Below, piece by piece: positions 50,255 to 54,488 of a stretch of 54,488 nucleotides of DNA (positions are counted from its first letter, which is position 1; every line of letters begins with the position of its first letter). The notes below the pieces were generated by a model, which was not told the DNA's origin, searched no databases, and worked only from the letters and a program-made list of their open reading frames with translations. This stretch comes from an uncultured Candidatus Saccharibacteria bacterium (lineage in GTDB: Bacteria > Patescibacteriota > Minisyncoccia > Phycocordibacterales > Zambryskibacteraceae): contig CAYIKP010000002.1 of the NCBI GenBank assembly GCA_964364225.1, forward strand, positions 1 through 54,488, given 5' to 3'. Position numbers and translations under genes: made by a program.

Positions 50255-50599
50255 TTATTTCACCTTCTCTACGATTGAAGCAAACGTTGAAGGAGATTCT
50301 GCTGCCACTTGAGCCAGAACTTTTCTATCTAAATTTATTTTTACTTTCTTCAAGCCACCAATAAATTTGCTGTATGAAATTTTGTGAGGGGCGAGCGCTG
50401 CAGATAGGCGAATCATCCAAAGCTGACGCATATCATTTTTCTTGTCCCTTCTATGAGCAAAGGCATAAGCACCCGCATGCATTAATGCTTCGTAAGCGGC
50501 TTTTTCTTTAGTGGAACGACCAAAACGAAAGCCTTTTACCTGTTTTAGGACATTCCTTCTTGTTTTTAGTGCATTTACTCCTTTTTTAACTCTTGTCAT
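50255..50599 (-). CDS. rplT: 50S ribosomal protein L20
   Basis: MTRVKKGVNALKTRRNVLKQVKGFRG-like start and AFAHRRDKK motif. Confidence 0.95.
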   Translation of the reverse strand: MTRVKKGVNALKTRRNVLKQVKGFRFGRSTKEKAAYEALMHAGAYAFAHRRDKKNDMRQLWMIRLSAALAPHKISYSKFIGGLKKVKINLDRKVLAQVAAESPSTFASIVEKVK

Positions 50600-50635
50600 G
50601 GTGGTTGTTTAATTACTCGTAGTGAGTCGGCTTAA

Positions 50636-50821
50636 CTACATATTTACCAAAAATCGGCTAGCAGCCTTGTTTGTAAGCTTAATTGTTGAAGATCTCTTCT
50701 TACTAAGCTGGCTTCTACGTGTCTCCTTAGCGTTAAAATGGTTCTTGCCGGGTAGGCGAGATACCAATTTACCATTACGGGTAAGCTTTATACGCTTCGT
50801 GAACGACTTGTTGGTTTTCAT
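50636..50821 (-). CDS. rpmI: 50S ribosomal protein L35
   Basis: MKTNKSFTKRIKLTRNGKL...GKNHF pattern; 61 aa. Confidence 0.93.
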   Translation of the reverse strand: MKTNKSFTKRIKLTRNGKLVSRLPGKNHFNAKETRRSQLSKKRSSTIKLTNKAASRFLVNM

Positions 50822-50836
50822 AATTTGAGTGCCTAA

Positions 50837-50942
50837 TATACCCCGTTAGATAGGATATATCAAGCTTTTTGGTATACAAAAAAGCTTTAGTCTATGGGCC
50901 CAAAATACCATCTTTTATCCTTTTATTATCTAACGGGGTATA
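50837..50942 (-). promoter_or_regulatory. long-range 16-bp inverted repeat plus inner 9-bp hairpin in the infC-rpmI spacer (candidate L20 operator)
   Basis: tataccccgttagata (50837-50852) pairs with tatctaacggggtata (50927-50942). The inner hairpin is aagcttttt-ggtataca-aaaaagctt. It ends about 15 nt upstream of the rpmI ATG. Confidence 0.45.
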
Positions 50943-51002
50943 CTCCCAAATACCTAGAGTAAGCAACAAACTAGGCCCTTTAATGAACTTCCTATAAAAG
51001 GG

Positions 51003-51521
51003 CTATTTAGTGGGGGATTTTTCTATAACAGCGGTCATTCCCTTGGGGCTCCTTTTTGGAGATTCGGCAAGTGTAAAGTTTTCTGTCACCAAAAGGAGAA
51101 ATTTATTCATCTTTTCCTTTAAAAACTTTTCATCAATACTTTTAGCTCTTCCGGGAAGAAAAAGGTCAACTTTTACCCTATGTCCTTCTTTTATCCATTC
51201 AGAGGTTTTCTTTGCTTTGAGGTTTAGGTCGTGTTCTCCGGTACCAATACGAATCTGTATGCTTTTTATCTCAATTACATGAGATTTTGTTTTTGCTTGT
51301 TTGTGTTTTTTGGCTTCAATGTATTGATATTTTCCATAGTCCATTATTTTTGCTATTGGGGGGTTTGAGTTGGGGGATATCTCTATCAAATCTGTTCCAA
51401 GTTCCGCAGCCTTAGCTAATGCGTCTAATCTAGCTAACACGCCAAAATTTTCACCCATTGGGCCTATGATGCGCAATTCTTTTGCTTGAATCTGGTTATT
51501 TATACGGAGTCTTTCTGCCAA
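51003..51521 (-). CDS. infC: translation initiation factor IF-3 (non-ATG start)
   Basis: RINNQIQAKELRIIG, IEISPNSNPPIAKIMDYGKY motifs. The track start is TTG at 51521, with an in-frame ATT a few codons upstream. Confidence 0.93.
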   Translation of the reverse strand: MAERLRINNQIQAKELRIIGPMGENFGVLARLDALAKAAELGTDLIEISPNSNPPIAKIMDYGKYQYIEAKKHKQAKTKSHVIEIKSIQIRIGTGEHDLNLKAKKTSEWIKEGHRVKVDLFLPGRAKSIDEKFLKEKMNKFLLLVTENFTLAESPKRSPKGMTAVIEKSPTK

Positions 51522-51566
51522 TTGATTTTCTAGAATATTAAACTAATTTCACTTTTTTCGCCATAG

Positions 51567-52649
51567 CTACAGTAAACGCCTAATAAGCATAGCTATTCTT
51601 TCTTGAATTTTCTCAATTAAACTACGATTTCTCCACTCAACAAGATTAACCTTTGATGCTCCAGAACAATCTTCTTCAAAATAGGCAGCCACTTGATCAA
51701 TAAACAAAGAGCTATGCGATATTACGTTTCCCTCATAGTTGAAATTGAAAGAAAGGGAATCAAAATTAAAACTTCCAACTGTTGCGAATTTGTCATCAAC
51801 AACAAGGGTTTTTGCGTGAAGCATTGCGTCTTCGTATCTATATATATCTACTCCGCTTTTTAATAATTTTCCAAACACAGAACGGCTAGCGCGGTCCACC
51901 CAAGGATGGTTTGACTGTTTAGGAATAAGTATTTTTACCTCAACCCCGCGCATTGAGGCAAGGCGTAAAATTCTAGACATTTTTCTATCTGGAATAAAGT
52001 AGGGGGTAGTCAACAGTATCCTTTTTTGAGCTCCAGCTAGCTCATAAGCCACTTTTTCATAAAGGAACCTTTTTGTTCTAGAGGGAGAATTGGTTATAAA
52101 TTGAAAACCTCTTATAAAATGTTTTGTTTTTTTCAAACGTCTAAAAAACCTTTTTTCATTTGAAAGTGCCCACATCTCTAAGAATGCGTGTCTCATTTCC
52201 TCAACTACGGGTCCAATAACTTTTAGGTGAGTGTCTCGCCAATTTTTCATATCCTCTCTAAAACCCACTCCTCCCACAAAACCGATATGTTCATCTATAA
52301 CCATTACTTTTCTGTGATTTCTAAAAAACCAAGAAAAAATAGTATCTAAACGCCAGAGTTTTACAGGATTCCAAAAAATAAGTTTTACACCACTTTCTTC
52401 AATTTCTCTTAAAAGACTATTGTCATAAAAAAGGCCGGAAACCGCTCCTCCGACCATGTCTACTATTACTTGCACCCCCAAACCCTCTCGCGCTCTATCC
52501 ATGAGGAGGTTTAAAAACTTTTTACCCACATGATCGTTTCCTATAATGTATTGTTCGCACAAAATTTCTTTTTTGGCGTCGCGTACTGCTTCAAACATTG
52601 ATTCCCACGCATCTTCGGCTTTCAAGAAGAACTGCCAGTCTGTATGCAT
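51567..52649 (-). CDS. phospholipase D-family protein (cardiolipin-synthase-like, no TM domain)
   Basis: Two HKD motifs: HRKVMVIDEHIGFVGGVG and HAKTLVVDDKFATVGSFN. Confidence 0.8.
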   Translation of the reverse strand: MHTDWQFFLKAEDAWESMFEAVRDAKKEILCEQYIIGNDHVGKKFLNLLMDRAREGLGVQVIVDMVGGAVSGLFYDNSLLREIEESGVKLIFWNPVKLWRLDTIFSWFFRNHRKVMVIDEHIGFVGGVGFREDMKNWRDTHLKVIGPVVEEMRHAFLEMWALSNEKRFFRRLKKTKHFIRGFQFITNSPSRTKRFLYEKVAYELAGAQKRILLTTPYFIPDRKMSRILRLASMRGVEVKILIPKQSNHPWVDRASRSVFGKLLKSGVDIYRYEDAMLHAKTLVVDDKFATVGSFNFDSLSFNFNYEGNVISHSSLFIDQVAAYFEEDCSGASKVNLVEWRNRSLIEKIQERIAMLIRRLL

Positions 52650-52717
52650 ATATTTTTTAGTACCCTCTATCTTACCAAAGTGCCAAGGAAAGGCTTTTAA
52701 TGTAAAGTATTACTCAC

Positions 52718-54109
52718 ATGCACCCCTTACTTCAAAGTATTGTAGATTTCGCACTTATTACCGCTGCCCCACTAAAGCACTTGGGAGTGTTTGGATATCC
52801 CACACTTTTTCTCATTGCATTTGTTGAGTCGGTGATAATAATTGGTTCATTTATTCCAGGTTCTATTGGAATAATTTTTGCAGGATTTTTAGCCCACGCT
52901 GGTTACTATAGTTTTTGGTGGCTGGTTCCGTTCGCTGTATTAGGAGGAATTCTAGGAGATTGGCTAAGTTTTTATTTGGGCGGTAAAGGAGAGAATTTTT
53001 TCAAAAGTGAAGCAAGATTTTTAAAAAAGACACACTTGGAGCGTGGAAAGATATTTTTTGAAAAATACGGAGATAAAAGCGTTCTCATTGGACGTTTTAC
53101 AGGACCGCTTCGTCCGATAATTCCTTTTGTTGCAGGGCTTTCAAAAATGAATAAGAGGGTCTTTATGTTTTGGAATGTAGTGAGCTCTTTTATTTGGATA
53201 CTTTTTCATATGTCTCTTGGTTATTTCTTTGGTACCTCCCTTAAAGCAATAGAGGGCTGGTCTTTGTGGGCAGGGGGGATACTCCTTGTACTTATTGGAA
53301 CAATTGTCGCGGGGGCGATATTGATTCAACAAAGAGAAAGAATTTTTTCTTTTCTAGACAAAAAAATCGATTTTATTTTAAAGGGAGTTTTAGAAAATAC
53401 TTATTTGGGTGTATTTTTGGAAAAACATCCTAGTTTGGGAACGTGGATAAAGGCTCGTTTTCAAAGGCATGTCTTTACTGGTTTACCCCTTACTATGTTA
53501 GTGATCTCAGCTTTTTATTTAGCCAGTTTGTTTGAGGGCGTAGCAGAAGACGTTGTTTCAACTGGTTTTTTTACAGCTATTGATGAAAAAGTTTTATCTT
53601 TCGCCATAAATCTTCATCATCCAAATTTTGCAAAATTTGTTGTTTGGGTTACATCCCTTGGAGGGGAGACAGTTATTCCAGTAGTCGCAATTGTTTCTGT
53701 AATTATTTTTTTCTTTGTTAAAAGAAAGATATTTATTCTTCCACTTATTTTTACCGGAGCATTAGCAGAAATTTTTAATTTGTCTGGAAAAGCATTTTTC
53801 CATAGAGCTCGCCCCACAGAAATGCTAGTTAATGAAACAAGTTTTTCATTTCCATCTGGGCACGCCACGCTCTCGATTGCTATTTATGGCTTTATTGCAT
53901 ATGTAATTATGCGCACAGTTAAAAGCGAAAGTGTAAAAATTTGGCTTACTGTTTTCTTTTCAATTCTAATTACTGCAATTTCTTTGAGCAGGATTTATCT
54001 TCGTGTGCATTACGCAACTGATGTCTTGGGGGGGCTTATTTTGGGGGGGATTTCTTTGATAGCCGGAATAATTTTGAGTGAGTATTTACTGTCTAAAAAA
54101 TCAAGATAA
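52718..54109 (+). CDS. DedA-family membrane domain fused to a PAP2 (type 2 phosphatidic acid / undecaprenyl-PP phosphatase) domain
   Basis: The N-terminal half has a DedA-like pattern (GRFTGPLRPIIPFVAG). The C-terminal half has the PAP2 motifs KAFFHRARP, PSGHA and SRIYLRVHYATDV. Confidence 0.8.
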   Translation: MHPLLQSIVDFALITAAPLKHLGVFGYPTLFLIAFVESVIIIGSFIPGSIGIIFAGFLAHAGYYSFWWLVPFAVLGGILGDWLSFYLGGKGENFFKSEARFLKKTHLERGKIFFEKYGDKSVLIGRFTGPLRPIIPFVAGLSKMNKRVFMFWNVVSSFIWILFHMSLGYFFGTSLKAIEGWSLWAGGILLVLIGTIVAGAILIQQRERIFSFLDKKIDFILKGVLENTYLGVFLEKHPSLGTWIKARFQRHVFTGLPLTMLVISAFYLASLFEGVAEDVVSTGFFTAIDEKVLSFAINLHHPNFAKFVVWVTSLGGETVIPVVAIVSVIIFFFVKRKIFILPLIFTGALAEIFNLSGKAFFHRARPTEMLVNETSFSFPSGHATLSIAIYGFIAYVIMRTVKSESVKIWLTVFFSILITAISLSRIYLRVHYATDVLGGLILGGISLIAGIILSEYLLSKKSR

Positions 54110-54232
54110 AAGCCTTGCAATGAACACGATTAGTGCGACTACGAGCAACGTGTGAATAAAACTGCCACCCACATCAAAACTCAAACCGAGAACCCAAAGA
54201 ACTATTAATACTACGATAATTGTCCAAATCAT
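54101..54232 (-). CDS. 43-aa two-helix membrane protein (lmo0937-like family)
   Basis: MIWTIIVVLIVLWVLGLSFDVGGSFIHTLLVVALIVFIARLLS. Below the ORF-track size cutoff and found by hand translation. Confidence 0.55.
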   Translation of the reverse strand: MIWTIIVVLIVLWVLGLSFDVGGSFIHTLLVVALIVFIARLLS

Positions 54233-54488
54233 ATTTTTAAGTGGTTAGATAAAATTTTAAGTTTTTCAAGCCCCCTGTGTGCCTGCACGGCAACCGTGTT
54301 TCTCGATTGCCCAGTAATAAGTGATATTTCTTTTAGTGATAAATCTTGTATATAACGCATTTGCATTACTTTTTGATAAGTTATTGGTAAATTTTTAATT
54401 AATAAAATTACCGCTTTTCCATCCAAAACATTAACTAAATTATCAGAATGATCTATGCTTGGCTCAACCATTTTCAATAAGAGTATCA
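54229..54488 (-). CDS. RNA polymerase sigma factor (ECF-like), C-terminal region 4; N-terminus beyond the window
   Basis: LPITYQKVMQMRYIQDLSLKEISLITGQSRNTVAVQAHRGLEKLK matches the sigma70 region 4 HTH. Confidence 0.8.
   Translation of the reverse strand, partial: ILLLKMVEPSIDHSDNLVNVLDGKAVILLIKNLPITYQKVMQMRYIQDLSLKEISLITGQSRNTVAVQAHRGLEKLKILSNHLKI

Overview
AT-rich bacterial segment (sample 60-nt lines hand-count to about 30-40% GC). Gene content and quirks fit a reduced-genome Patescibacteria/CPR-like organism, which is an inference. It holds one partial tRNA-Gly and about 75 mostly housekeeping CDS: hup, rny, clpP, rsmE, tig, ppa, nusA, a PilB/GspE-like ATPase, tpiA, pgk, recJ, rnhA, a split comEC, an ABC exporter, an SOD-like gene, rpmB, the str/L10/S10/spc ribosomal clusters from rpsL to secY, adk, map, ndk, a beta-CASP RNase, infC-rpmI-rplT, a PLD/cardiolipin-synthase-like gene, a DedA-PAP2 fusion and a partial sigma factor. 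The genetic code is standard, since TAA, TAG and TGA all terminate conserved genes. I found no rRNA genes and no CRISPR array. The main finding is a complete diversity-generating retroelement (DGR) at 5077-7522. It consists of a high-GC target gene with a C-terminal variable repeat, a 120-nt template repeat differing almost only at adenines, an antisense Avd-like ORF and a DGR-type reverse transcriptase. The Avd-like ORF has no start codon unless a G10 tract changes length, and the reverse transcriptase carries an in-frame TAG. Other signals: (1) a repeated ~115-nt element with CCCGTACGAA...TTCGTTYGGG inverted termini sits exactly at the rplC|rplD and rplR|rpsE junctions and upstream of tuf, and two copies read in frame into the downstream ribosomal protein. 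(2) Palindromic arrays of GAATNNN heptads occur in four ribosomal-operon spacers. (3) The rplL 3' end is present three times with synonymous differences. (4) Several self-contained high-GC mini-cassettes (ORF plus own terminator) interrupt conserved operons. (5) Several intergenic regions are bracketed by long inverted repeats or contain unassigned structured RNA candidates. All coordinates and counts come from hand reading and should be recomputed.
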